A stretch of 64,000 nt of DNA from Carpediemonas membranifera BICM (Eukaryota > Protista > Fornicata), in NCBI GenBank assembly GCA_019828565.1, contig JAHDYR010000069.1:434001-498000 (forward strand), written 5' to 3'. Below are positions 19,459 through 30,527 of the stretch, one piece after another. Positions within the stretch are counted from its first letter, which is position 1, and every line of letters starts with the position of its first letter. The notes beneath the pieces were generated by a model. It worked only from the letters and a program-made list of their open reading frames with translations. It ran no database searches and was not told the DNA's origin. The position numbers were made by a program, and so were the translations under genes.

Positions 19459-21712
19459 CTAGCGGCCTGCCAGGACGGCCACCGGTGTCGCCATGCTTAT
19501 GGCAGAGCCCCGTATGGCCCTCTCCCTGCGCCTCACCCGCGCCCCAGCCCGCCTCGATGCCCATGCCCGCCACGTCTGGAATGCGGTGACAAGGCACTTG
19601 TAGTCATGGACCCTGAGACTCCACGGGTCGACTGGCACGCCGGTAGGAAGCAACCACGACCCCCCCTCGGAGAGCCGGACTGAAGCCAGCCGGGCCCCGC
19701 CGAGGAGCATTGAGAGGTGGAGCCCGGGCCGGGCAAGCTTGGCCGCGCGGCGGGGGTCGGCGGCAGCGAGGTGAAGCCGTCGGGCAAGGAGTGAGTCGGC
19801 AGCGTACTCGAAGCGTCGGGCACGCCGCTCGTCAGCAATGAACCGGCACCAGCGATGGAAAACTCGGGCCTGGCAGTGGAAGTCGGCCAGCTCGGCGGCA
19901 TGGAAGTCTTGAAGTCGAGCCCGGTGTGCCGCATCAAATGATTGAGCCCAGTGGTTGAAGACTCGACGCCGGGTAAACGTAGCATGGAGGCTGCTGAGGA
20001 GGCGGCCCCGGTGGTTGAGAGACCGCAGTCGGCCGGCCATGGCGTGCAGCACCACGAGCTTGACACGTGATACCTGACGTCGCCGGAAAATGACGAGCCG
20101 GTCGGCTAGAAGCTTCTTTTGCCGGAGAAGTTTGACCCAGTGTGCAAAGTGGACTCTGGTGCTATGTATCGCGTGATGAGCCGCTGGTCGCTGGTGGCAG
20201 TCAGCTTTAACCACGGCTTGCCAACAGTGCAACGCGCGCCACTGGCAATGGCGGCGGACCAGCGTGTTATCATGTTGCCGGACATACCACTGCCGGAAAC
20301 ACGAGTCAAGTACAACCAACTCCCGCCTTGATTGAATCAAATCTCCCCTGGAATCTATATCTCTCCGCATCACGCACCAGCTCTCAAGGAATGTGCGCGC
20401 CATCCTCTTCCCGCATGCCCGTTCGTCACCATACTCGCGCCAGGCTTGCCAGTGTCGTGACACCAGCAGGCCTCTGTTGAACAAGTCTGCCTTGGCCTGC
20501 TCGGCGAGGAGGGCGTGGTGTCTGGCCGAACGCTGGGCGATCTCGAACCAGGCCTGCAGGGCGGACCGAGCGAGGTCCACCTCTTCCTGCTCGAGCGAAT
20601 AGACACGCACGCGATACCGCCAGCACTGGGCAGCCACACCCACCACACGCCTCAGCAGCTGACGGCGGGCAAGGACCGTCCGCCACTGCTCCCACGCCGT
20701 GATCACGGAGAGCAGCTCGGCCCGGGTCTGGACGATCGCCGTACGCTGCCGATCTGGTCGATTGCGGCGGGTTATGCCTGCCCATTCAGTTACGACGTGT
20801 GCGAGCATGCGGCGGATGCCAGTTCGAGCCATCGCCTCGGCCTTCCTGTTCGCCTTCACGCGGGTCTCCCACTCGGTCCGCATGATCACCCACACTCGCC
20901 TCCGCACTTTAAGGTCATGGACGAGCATCATCCGATGGGCGACAACCTCCTCCATCCACCTATCCAGCGTGTGGCGGGCCAGTGCGGTGCTGTAGTGGGA
21001 CGAGGCCAGGGCGGTGTCCTCGGCCACAATGTCTGGGATGGTCTGCCACCACGCAAGGAGACAGCCCCGGAGCAGTCGGGCTGCATTGGCTCCGTCTGCA
21101 AGTGCCTCTCTGTCATGCTGCCTGCGCTGTGTCTCGTGTCGCCACCGGATAAAAGCTGACACCATGTAGTGGTCAACGCGGTACTCTGCCCGCTCCCTAG
21201 CCCGAGCACTGACTAAAGCGGCGGCACCAGCCCTGAGTCTGATCTGCACGAAAGCATGGAGGCCAGCCTGGAGCAGGGCGCGGTTGTTGGGGTGTGTGAC
21301 GCACCGCTCTACTGCGGCAGCGGGGGTGATTCGGACAGCGGAACGCCAGAGAATGAATGGGCGTCGTATTTGGATGGCATAGACGATGTCCTGGAGGAAT
21401 AGGACGCGTACCTCGGTGTCCTCCCACTGGTTGCAGCGGGCACGGAGGCCTCGGATGGATACTGTGTGATGGGGAAGGAAATGACGTACCGTTGTCTGGG
21501 AGGGCACTTGTATGACCCATACGAGTGGCATTGAGTGGATGTGACGTCGGCGCTGGCGGTAGAACCATCAATTCGTCACGCACAAGCGCTAGCAGCCGAT
21601 TCAGGCGGTTGAATTCATGTTGAAGAGCATTCCGCTCATTATACATCCATGTTTGCGCCGACCGGATGAGATCAACGCGATTCCTGCCCAATTTCGGCGA
21701 CAAGCGCGCCAT
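19459..21712 (-). CDS. Second Sfi1-repeat protein; at least 2 exons (21712-21490, 21461-19459)
   Basis: Periodic Trp repeats (AFIRWR, CLLAWW, ALQAWF, CFRQWY, VFNHWA); a 28-nt intron GTACGT...TCACACAG (21462-21489) joins the two ORFs in frame; true start uncertain. Confidence 0.72.
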
Positions 21713-21897
21713 TGCCTCGTCTTGAATGACGACTTCATTTCTTGTCTGTCAGGCAGCAACCGCCGAACCAGGACATGACTCGGCCAGCATCGCACCAGCA
21801 CATACATATCATCGTGGAAGCTTAGGCATTTTAGTCTGCCGAGCACTGAACGATTACTGTAGAATGAGCGTGACCAGCTGCATTTTATGACACCGTC

Positions 21898-22542
21898 TTA
21901 GATCAGCAAGTAGCTGTCCTCCTCGACAGAGAACAACCCTTCGGACACTGGACACCCGTCCTCGTCAACCAGGCTCGTAAATGGCACTGCCCGACATGCG
22001 AATACCGCTATCTTCTTAGTCCTGGCGTTACAGAACAAAAAGACCCAGCCCCACAGACTCTCGTCTCCGAAGACGTCGTCCTGCCCCTCACCCGTCGACA
22101 GGGAGTATATGGTGCAGTTTTTGACACCAATCGCGACATCCAGGGCGGCGAGTGCCTGGGACATGAGATCCCGCCCGTGTGGCATGCCCGCGAACTGGCT
22201 AAAGAGGAACTCGGCGACGAGCTGCGGGGAGTGCTCCTTCGTGAAGCTGTCAGGACTCATGCTGGAGAAGTCTGTCGCGGGAAAGACCTGGTTCAGCGTG
22301 TGCACCAGGTTGATGAAAGCTTTGCGGCCCTGGTTGGTGACCATGTCGAATGGATTGTCTGTATAGCTTGAGGGAGTTGCGATTATGCCGTCTTCGAGCG
22401 ATTTGCTAACTCTCTTTTCGTTTGTGGATGGCTTCATGGTGTAGAGCTCGAGATGTGAAACCAACTGGGCTCCAACGACGTGGAGCTGTTCATCTATAGA
22501 CGCTGCTATCGCTGACAGGCTTTCTTCTTGTATATATCGCAT
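21898..22542 (-). CDS. MAF1: Repressor of RNA polymerase III transcription Maf1
   Basis: LELYTMK, RKAFINLVHTLNQVFPATDFS and LWGWVFLFCNARTKKI match Maf1 boxes A-C. Confidence 0.88.
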   Translation of the reverse strand: MRYIQEESLSAIAASIDEQLHVVGAQLVSHLELYTMKPSTNEKRVSKSLEDGIIATPSSYTDNPFDMVTNQGRKAFINLVHTLNQVFPATDFSSMSPDSFTKEHSPQLVAEFLFSQFAGMPHGRDLMSQALAALDVAIGVKNCTIYSLSTGEGQDDVFGDESLWGWVFLFCNARTKKIAVFACRAVPFTSLVDEDGCPVSEGLFSVEEDSYLLI

Positions 22543-22931
22543 CTCTTTCTCGGCGTTTGTATCTTGTCGTCGCCGCGACAATCTGCCCCCAAATTTTGCG
22601 CCAAGTTTGGTGGACTGACTCAGTCAACAATACGACCCTCTAGCGTCTGTACGCTGAGACGAGCCCTGCCTTATCCCCTATCGCGCAGTCAGGGTGCATG
22701 ACTGCCCCGAGAGTACCTGGCATCGCATGACCCTGAGCTGATGATGCGTGAGTGTGGGTGGCTTGGCTGGTTGGAAAGGCCTCACGGCGTTAAACTGCAG
22801 TTGTTTATTAGTCGGGTAGCTTAGTAGGATGTGATGAGTAGACAGGGACGGGGGGAAGCCATTGCCAGAGATATGGCACACCTCAAATCACTGAGAGCTA
22901 TATCCCATCAGCGTATCACCACCAAGACGAC

Positions 22932-23312
22932 CTACTCGGTCGCTCTCGACAGCTCCCTCGTCATGTTCGGGATATCTCGACGCTGGAAGCGACCGACGAC
23001 ATCTTCCCGCTTTGCATCCATTGCTCCGATCACCTCCTCTGACAGCAAGGGGTCGCTGGAGAGCGAGGCGATGATTTGAAGGTTATCGGCGAGCTCCTCG
23101 ATCCACAGGTCTTCAATATCCTCGGGACGGATGCCAGCAGCAAGTACCGATTGTGGCGTCGGTTTTCTTGAGTGTACGCGTTCCATTTGTGCTATTGTTG
23201 CGATTGTTGTGTTCCTGTCGTTCTTCCGCGACTTTTGCGTGCAGAAAAATTGAGCAACGAATAACTGCTCTGGAGCACTTTGTGAGTGAGTCTCAGAGCA
23301 GTACTGACCCAC
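22932..23312 (-). CDS. Small hypothetical protein (start uncertain)
   Basis: Short ORF with protein-like C-terminal half. Confidence 0.4.
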   Translation of the reverse strand: MGQYCSETHSQSAPEQLFVAQFFCTQKSRKNDRNTTIATIAQMERVHSRKPTPQSVLAAGIRPEDIEDLWIEELADNLQIIASLSSDPLLSEEVIGAMDAKREDVVGRFQRRDIPNMTRELSRATE

Positions 23313-24078
23313 CTGTGAGTTTTTGGAGACGCATTGTCAAAGTGCAGTTTATTTGAGGCTCCAATGAAAACATGAAACTTAACGATGAATCAACAATAGA
23401 CTCGGCTTAAGATGGATTTGGGGATGATCGGCCTGCCGCCGCTCAGATGCCGGGATTCTCCAGGGGCAGTGTGGCGGGTTGGGGTCGAACCGACTCTTGA
23501 AATGTCACGATGGAGAAGAACACAAGCAAGAAAAAGAACCAAGGCTGAAAAGGTGATATGCAACACACAAAGCCCGCACATGCATCGGAAAGAAGCCACG
23601 GCGTGAAAAATTCCACCACTTCTGCAAGAGAAGACAATCAAGCTGCCATAGCCACAGAACCCCACCAATCTCCCACAAAAGACAGAAATGAGGCACAATA
23701 CACAACTTTTAGCGAAACTGGGCCTTCTGGAGGCATGATGTACTCTTTCGGGATGAGCCAAGGGGACGTGCCTCTGTGGGCAGCCTCGCACGTGAAAGCC
23801 GCAAGCCTAGAAGAGAGGCGGCGGCACAAAGGGACCTGATATCTAGTAAATCAGCCACGAATCATGATCGCAGATGCTTGGGACGGCAGAAGCCAGGGTT
23901 CGCCGGCCACATCTCAATCTGTTTCCATACCGTCTAATTTCTTGCCAGGTTGGGGTCATAACGCGGGCACACGTCTCGGATCAGTCGAGCCCTTGCACTC
24001 AGCGGTCTCGAATCTGTCTAGATTTACGGTTTATCTCAATCCGCCCATATATCCGAGGCGAAAAACGCAAGCGCTGCA

Positions 24079-25996
24079 ATGGCTGAAACCGAGTTGGATC
24101 AGGGCGAAATTGCGCAAGTACCCGTCGAAAAGGTACAAGAGCCCTCGTATTCCGAGGAATTTGCGGAAGGAACAGCCGAGGTTGTTGAAGAATGCGCACC
24201 AGCCGCTGCAGAGTCAAATGAAGGCGAGGCGCCATCTGAAGACATAGATGAGAGCAATATAGATAACTCCGATGAGCTTGAAGAGAACCCTGTCGCTGAG
24301 GAGGAGCCCGCCGCCGAGGAGGAGGCCAAGACTGAGGAGCCCGCCGAGGAGGAGCCCACCGAGGAGGAGGCCAAGACTGAGGAGCCCGCCGCCGAGGAGC
24401 CCACCGAGGAGGAGGCCAAGACTGAGGAGCCCGCCGCCGAGGAGGAGGCCGCCGAGGAGGAGCCCAAGACTGAGGAGCCCGCCGAGGAGGAGCCCAAGAC
24501 TGAGGAGCCCGCCGAGGAGGAGCCCACCGAGGAGGAGCCCAAGACTGAGGAGCCCGCCGAGGAGGAGCCCACCGAGGAGGAGCCCAAGACTGAGGAGCCC
24601 GCCGCCGAGGAGGAGGCCGCCGAGGAGGAGCCCAAGACTGAGGAGCCCGCCGAGGAGGAGCCCAAGACTGAGGAGCCCGCCGAGGAGGAGCCCACCGAGG
24701 AGGAGCCCAAGACTGAGGAGCCCGCCGCCGAGGAGGAGGCCGCCGAGGAGGAGGCCACCGAGGAGGAGCCCAAGACTGAGGAGCCCGCCGCCGAGGAGGA
24801 GGCCAAGACTGAGGAGCCCGCCGCCGAGGAGGAGCCCAAGACTGAGGAGCCCGCCGCCGAGGAGGAGGCCAAGACTGAGGAGCCCGCCGAGGAGGAGCCC
24901 ACCGAGGAGGAGCCCAAGACTGAGGAGCCCGCCGCCGAGGAGGAGCCCAAGACTGAGGGAGCCCGCCGCCGAGGAGGAGCCCAAGACTGAGGAGCCCGCC
25001 GCCGAGGAGGAGCCCAAGACTGAGGAGCCCGCCGCCGAGGAGGAGCCCAAGACTGAGGAGCCCGCCGCCGAGGAGGAGGCCAAGACTGAGGAGCCCGCCG
25101 CCGAGGAGGAGCCCAAGACTGAGGAGCCCGCCGCCGAGGAGGAGCCCAAGACTGAGGAGCCCGCCGCCGAGGAGGAGGCCAAGACTGAGGAGCCCGCCGA
25201 GGAGGAGCCCGCCGAGGAGGAGCCCACCGAGGAGGAGGCCAAGACTGAGGAGCCCGCCGCCGAGGAGGAGGCCAAGACTGAGGAGCCCGCCGAGGAGGAG
25301 CCCACCGAGGAGGAGGCCAAGACTGAGGAGCCCGCCGAGGAGGAGCCCAAGACTGAGGAGCCCGCCGCCGAGGAGGAGCCCAAGACTGAGGAGCCCACCG
25401 AGGAGGAGCCCAAGACTGAGGAGCCCGCCGCCGAGGAGGAGGCCAAGACTGAGGAGCCCGCCGAGGAGGAGCCCACCGAGGAGGAGGCCAAGACTGAGGA
25501 GCCCGCCGAGGAGGAGCCCAAGACTGAGGAGCCCGCCGAGGAGGAGCCCAAGACTGAGGAGCCCGCCGCCGAGGAGGAGGCCAGGCCATCCCCCGTGCCC
25601 AAGAAGGACGCCCCCCGCCCCGTCGCGATCCCCGCCCCCCACACGCTCATGAACGAGCTGACCATGTCACCGTCCGACATCACGGTCGGGCCCATCAAGC
25701 AGGGCTTCCTGTTCAAGCGGGGTGGCTTCAGAGGCAAGTCGTGGCAAAGGCGGTACTTTGTCCTTCTCCCAGACGAGCTGCTCTGGTTCAAGGCGAAGAC
25801 GACAGAGTACGAGAAGTGCACGAACAAGCTGCCTCTCGGTCAGGTGGCAATGGTCGTGGACGGCGCGGAAGATAACAGCAAGTTCGGCTTTGAGTTGAGG
25901 TCGACCCCGAAGCCGTACTCTTTGGCGGCCGAGAGCGACGAGAGCCGGCGGGAGTGGAGCCAGGCGATCCGCAGATGTATTCCTAAGACCGAGTAA
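24079..25996 (+). CDS. Glu-rich tandem-repeat protein with C-terminal PH domain (one apparent frameshift at ~24958)
   Basis: EEE(P/A)KTEEPA(A) repeats; PH domain KQGFLFKRGG...WQRRYFVL...EWSQAI; the extra G in GACTGAGGGAGCCC switches frame. Confidence 0.85.
24295..25582 (+). repeat. Coding minisatellite of shuffled 15-18-nt modules (GAGGAGGAGCCCAAGACT / GAGGAGCCCGCC[GCC] / GAGGAGGAGCCCACC)
   Basis: Directly visible ~1.3-kb array. Confidence 0.95.
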
Positions 25997-26103
25997 ACTA
26001 GTATCGACGGGTTTATATGATGGCCCGCCGCATCCAAGGGCAAGGCAGATGGACCTTCATCCGTGCAGTTTATGTCAGAAGCTTATGTACTAGTAGTCCT
26101 TCT

Positions 26104-27645
26104 TCACTCGACCTTTGCAGGCAGGGGCGGCACCACCATTGCGAACACCGTCCCCCCGAGCAAGAGTATGATGGGTGCAAGCCGGGTGGCCCTCAGATAT
26201 GCGACAGAACGCTCCCAGGAGAGATAGTAGAACAGCGGCATCTGAAGGTAAATGAAGCTCATTGTCACGACAGTCGTAATTACATGATATACGTAAATCA
26301 GCCGGCCTCTGGTGGCAAAGAACGGCCGGAAGATTGCATTCATACGCCGGGCGAGGTTGGAGAACATCCCAGACGACAGGAAGAAGACGTAGAAGCCCGG
26401 TTCCCAGCCGTGCCACACCGCACTCGTGGCGAATGTCGCAATAGTCGCGATCATCTTCACATGCCTTCCAAAACGGCGTTTGACTGTTTCATTTCCTCGA
26501 ATGCCTGAGTAGACGTACGATGCGAGGAAGAACCCCACCCCGGCGTTCCAGTGTGTCGTCAGGAGGGCCAGATTCATGGGTGCCTGGGCGATGAGCCACG
26601 TGTAGTTGGCCCCTTGTCTGAACTCGAACTTGGACCATACCCTGGCCATGGTGTGCCGCCGCCCGCTGTACGTCAGCCCGCTCATCGTCGAGGCGCCGTG
26701 GGCCAGACCCCAGACACCGTAGTACTTGGCTTTGATGAGTTCAATCGGGATGATGTGGTAGCGGACGATTCGCCAGAGCAGTGGTGTGGCAAGGTATGTC
26801 GCGTGTTGGGCATGGTAGGGGAGCATCGGGTCGGGCGGGAAGTATGCAAAGAGCACCCACAGGCCAATAAGACCGACACCCCATAACATGTAAACGAAAC
26901 CCCACGCGATCGACTCTAGATGGAGTCTGATTCGGTCCTTCTTGGTCAAGCCCTCGAAAGAGCGGCCCGACGCGAAGGATGCGTATTCTGCGAATGTGAA
27001 GAAGGGCCCGACGATGACAGACCCGTAAAACATGCTGTAGCCCAGGAAGGCAATGAGCGACGGACACTTGGCCAGCGGGGCCTTGATGCGGCCATACGGA
27101 CCGACCGGTCTTGGCTTGACAGCGAGCTTCTCGGCGGGCACCCCTGCCCCACGGGCAACGTCGAAGGCGAGGGAGGAGAGGCGGAGGGCGAGGACCATGG
27201 GTGTGCCGGTGAAGTGCAGATTTTCCATGGAATGGGGGTGGTAGAGGCGTCGGGCCTGCTCCCAGGACTGGTAGGCGAAGGTGAGAAGGAAGATCAGCCA
27301 GCTCATGCCGGTCGGGGTAAGACCCAGACGGCGGGGGTTGAGACGGAGCAGCAGGAAGACGGCACCGATCACCAGCCATACGTTCAGGACAATGGGGCCG
27401 TATGCAAAGGCCGTGAGGGAGCCCCCGACGAGGGCGTTGTATGTATGATGCAGCGTTGGCCGGCCTCGGGGTAGGAACTTGTGAAACAGCGCGAAAATAT
27501 ACGCAAGGAGAAGACTAAGGCCGATTCGAACATCCCACGGCGTTAGTGAGAGGGATTGGGCCGTGCCCTCGAGGAGGTTGTTCAATACGGAAGGGCTCTC
27601 ACACCAACGATCGAGCCAGTTCAGATATGACCGCACAGGGTTCAT
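26104..27645 (-). CDS. MBOAT lysophospholipid acyltransferase (Ale1/LPCAT-like)
   Basis: MVLALRLSSLAFD, GPFFTF, HWNAGV and SAVWHGWEPGFY (catalytic His). Confidence 0.9.
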   Translation of the reverse strand: MNPVRSYLNWLDRWCESPSVLNNLLEGTAQSLSLTPWDVRIGLSLLLAYIFALFHKFLPRGRPTLHHTYNALVGGSLTAFAYGPIVLNVWLVIGAVFLLLRLNPRRLGLTPTGMSWLIFLLTFAYQSWEQARRLYHPHSMENLHFTGTPMVLALRLSSLAFDVARGAGVPAEKLAVKPRPVGPYGRIKAPLAKCPSLIAFLGYSMFYGSVIVGPFFTFAEYASFASGRSFEGLTKKDRIRLHLESIAWGFVYMLWGVGLIGLWVLFAYFPPDPMLPYHAQHATYLATPLLWRIVRYHIIPIELIKAKYYGVWGLAHGASTMSGLTYSGRRHTMARVWSKFEFRQGANYTWLIAQAPMNLALLTTHWNAGVGFFLASYVYSGIRGNETVKRRFGRHVKMIATIATFATSAVWHGWEPGFYVFFLSSGMFSNLARRMNAIFRPFFATRGRLIYVYHVITTVVTMSFIYLQMPLFYYLSWERSVAYLRATRLAPIILLLGGTVFAMVVPPLPAKVE

Positions 27646-27909
27646 CTATAGATCTAGATCTTGGGATCGTCGCTGTAGAAGACTCAGGTCGTATTCATGT
27701 CCGTCGATTACGAGGTGGCACAACGGAACAATTTAGCGAAGAATTTAGCGTGATACTAGTTATCAAATGGGTTGCTCGAGACTATATTCGCGGCCATTGT
27801 ACACGCCACATGCGCTATGAATCTTTATAATGCCAACAGCGAGTCACCACACATTTACGAGAGTCACGTGACGCTTACCACTGCGCTCGACGCCATTTAA
27901 CAAAACGTC

Positions 27910-28758
27910 CTATATACCTGAAACGTCGCCGCGGATGATGGCCCTGATGAGCCGCTTGGTCCCCTCGTCCGCCCGCTGGTTCGCGTCCGCCTGCAGCAGG
28001 GACCGGGGCGGGTGGTCGATCATCGTCTTCTTGAGCGCCCCGGTCGACCCAGCCAGCATGCCGTGCCACATGGCCGCCACCGAGGCTAGGTCAGCCTCCG
28101 CCACAGCTTGCTTCGTGCTGGGCAGCACAGCCCTTGCCGTCGCCATATCTATAGCCTTGGTGAGCGACTCGAGCATCCCCTCCGACTCCATCATGAGAGC
28201 GGGCCCGTTCGTGGAGGTGGCCACCGTCCGGGTGAGCAAGCAGGCTAGCTGGAGGACCGCGCCGCTGTGCTGCTCGATAAGCGTGACTAGGAAGGACATG
28301 AGGTTCGCACCGAACGCGAACTCCGCGAAGCTGGCCGGATCTGGGTTTGCGAGGCTGATAAAGAACGACAGCGCCGCGACAGTGAGGACAACGGTCTCTT
28401 CTGTGGTCTCAGACGCAACTGAGAGGAAGGGAAAGAGCGTTGCTGGTATGTGCGAGGCCAGAAGATGCGACTGGGAGAGCGGGTCGGACGCGATGATCGT
28501 GAAGAGGTAGAGCGTCGCAGTGATGCGGTCGACATTCGGCTTCGTCATCAAGCCGGCCTCATAGATTGGAAGTACTGTTACAATGTCTTGCAGAAGCCCC
28601 AACGCTACTCCTGGGGCATGCCAGAGAATAGCACCAAGATTACTGATACTGGAGCTCATTGCGAGCACTTTTTGAACGGCAGGCCCTCTTGTATCTGCTG
28701 ATAGCAGTTTTTTGATTTCCGCAACGACCTCCTGGCTGTTGTAGCCTCCAAGAGACAT
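27910..28758 (-). CDS. CNOT9: CCR4-NOT subunit 9 (Rcd1/Caf40)
   Basis: LGAILWHAPGVALGLLQDIV and IASDPLSQSHLLASHIPATLFPFL match the Rcd1 consensus. Confidence 0.82.
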   Translation of the reverse strand: MSLGGYNSQEVVAEIKKLLSADTRGPAVQKVLAMSSSISNLGAILWHAPGVALGLLQDIVTVLPIYEAGLMTKPNVDRITATLYLFTIIASDPLSQSHLLASHIPATLFPFLSVASETTEETVVLTVAALSFFISLANPDPASFAEFAFGANLMSFLVTLIEQHSGAVLQLACLLTRTVATSTNGPALMMESEGMLESLTKAIDMATARAVLPSTKQAVAEADLASVAAMWHGMLAGSTGALKKTMIDHPPRSLLQADANQRADEGTKRLIRAIIRGDVSGI

Positions 28759-28891
28759 TTCGTCCGCGTTTCCGCACCATAAGGCATGCTTGAAAAAATC
28801 TAACGAGTAAAATACGGCCCCCAGCAGCTAACCAAGCATCACCAAACCTTCCCCGCGCCACACCTAGCAAGTATTATAATCCGCAGTTTAA

Positions 28892-30418
28892 TTACTCAGT
28901 CCTGGCCCGCTTCTCAGACGCCCCCTGGAGCTTTGCCCGAGCTCTTGCCCTCCCCACAATGCGGGTCAGAGCCCTGCTATCGTACTTGGTGAACAGGATC
29001 ATAGAAAGCGCCTCGCCCGCGGGCATACCGGCAGCATTCGCCCTGAGGATCTCGACGTAGTGGGCAGGTGTCTCCGGCGGTCCGACGAAGACCACCACGT
29101 CCGCCTTCTTCAGCACGCACGGCTTGTAAAAGTGCGCGCGCTCAGAGTACAGAGCAATGCGGGCGGACGGGCCCACCGTGGGGCTCCCATTGAACCGCGC
29201 CCGCCGGTCCCGCCGCTTCCTCTGCGCTGTGTACTCCGAGATCGCGACATAATCTGCGGCATACTTCTCTGAGCCCTCGAGGAAGGCCTTGACTGCAGTG
29301 AAGTTGAAGTAGTTGGGGCAGACGAGGATGGTGCGGAGGTCCTTGTCCAGGATCTCGGGCAGGGCCGCAATCTTGACTCCGGCGAGGGCTTCGGCAGAGA
29401 ATTCAGGGCATGAGAGCTTGAGGAGCTTCTGGGCCTTATAGAGCCCACGGACATCGTTGTATACGATCGCCTTGTCGTCTGCCGCCACGGTCTCGAGTGG
29501 CCGGGCAGACTCGCGGTGCCTAGTCTGCAGGGCGATGAGGTCTGGGAACATGAAACGGGTCACGACCACCCCCTGCCGGATCGTGGCCCCCTCCCCGTCG
29601 AGAAAGGCCGGTCGGACTCGGCTGTACTTCGCCCCAGAGGACACAGCGCCGTCCGGGGGCTGCTGGTTGAGTGAGGCCATCACCTTGGCCATGTGCTCCC
29701 AGTTTTGGTAGTAAATGATGTGGGCTGAGTCGATGGCGACCATCTCGACTGAGGAGAGGGGGTAATGGGTCGATCCGGTCACCATAAGCTGCAGGGCAAG
29801 CGGGCTGCCCACTATGACGTCCGCCTTGACCATGTCGGTAGCCATTACCTTGTAATCAGGCTTCTCTGAGGCCGTCTCCTGCACTGCGGCCGCCCGGTAA
29901 AGCACGCGATCCTTTTTCAGTGTCAGCCCGACCAGGAAGAAGTCGTTGTTCCGCTCGACCCCGTCGTCAGTATACGGGGTGACGGCAAGGCCATCGTACT
30001 CCCGGGTGGTCAGCTCTTTGCCGTCTAAGTCAACTGAAGCGAGGGGCGGGCCGAAGACTGTCTGGAAGAGCTCGCGGCCTTCCCAAGAGCTGCGGTCGGC
30101 ATTCGGGGAGGCGATAATGTCCTCGATACGCTCGCAGAGGGCGACTGCAATGGACATGGTGGGGGCGATATAGAGAATACGGCCCTTGGTGTAGCCTTGG
30201 TCCTTGTATGCTTCATCTACGATGATATCTTCATCTTCCGTGGCATTCCTAATCTTCTCGTTGTTTGCAGCGATGCGCAGCTTGCATTCAGTTGTGTAGC
30301 TGCAGATCCGTGCGGCAATCTCATCTCTACTCCGCTCACTGACGGTAATATAGTCGGTTTCGCCGGTAACGATGGCCAAATCCTGGCCAGCTCCAAGGAT
30401 TTCTGATATCTCGCCCAT
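28892..30418 (-). CDS. UTP25: U3 snoRNA-associated protein 25
   Basis: DQGYTKGRIL, DVIVGSPLAL, LSSVE...QNWEH, YSERAHFY, LFTKYD. Confidence 0.85.
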   Translation of the reverse strand: MGEISEILGAGQDLAIVTGETDYITVSERSRDEIAARICSYTTECKLRIAANNEKIRNATEDEDIIVDEAYKDQGYTKGRILYIAPTMSIAVALCERIEDIIASPNADRSSWEGRELFQTVFGPPLASVDLDGKELTTREYDGLAVTPYTDDGVERNNDFFLVGLTLKKDRVLYRAAAVQETASEKPDYKVMATDMVKADVIVGSPLALQLMVTGSTHYPLSSVEMVAIDSAHIIYYQNWEHMAKVMASLNQQPPDGAVSSGAKYSRVRPAFLDGEGATIRQGVVVTRFMFPDLIALQTRHRESARPLETVAADDKAIVYNDVRGLYKAQKLLKLSCPEFSAEALAGVKIAALPEILDKDLRTILVCPNYFNFTAVKAFLEGSEKYAADYVAISEYTAQRKRRDRRARFNGSPTVGPSARIALYSERAHFYKPCVLKKADVVVFVGPPETPAHYVEILRANAAGMPAGEALSMILFTKYDSRALTRIVGRARARAKLQGASEKRARTE

Positions 30419-30527
30419 CAACCAAACGTGAAAACCTTAACCTGCGCGATGAAGAAAGCAGTGTTTTATCGCCATAGGACCCTTGCTGAGCCTCTTCCAC
30501 ACGTCCAGCGTTCGATACCGCAGATAT

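Noticed and set aside
23390-23839. Overlapping small ORFs on both strands
   Set aside because: No motif or clear frame; the coding strand cannot be determined
23999-25827. Long minus-strand and alternate-frame ORFs over the Glu repeat; superficial CRISPR-like periodicity
   Set aside because: These are stop-free shadows of a coding minisatellite, with no unique spacers
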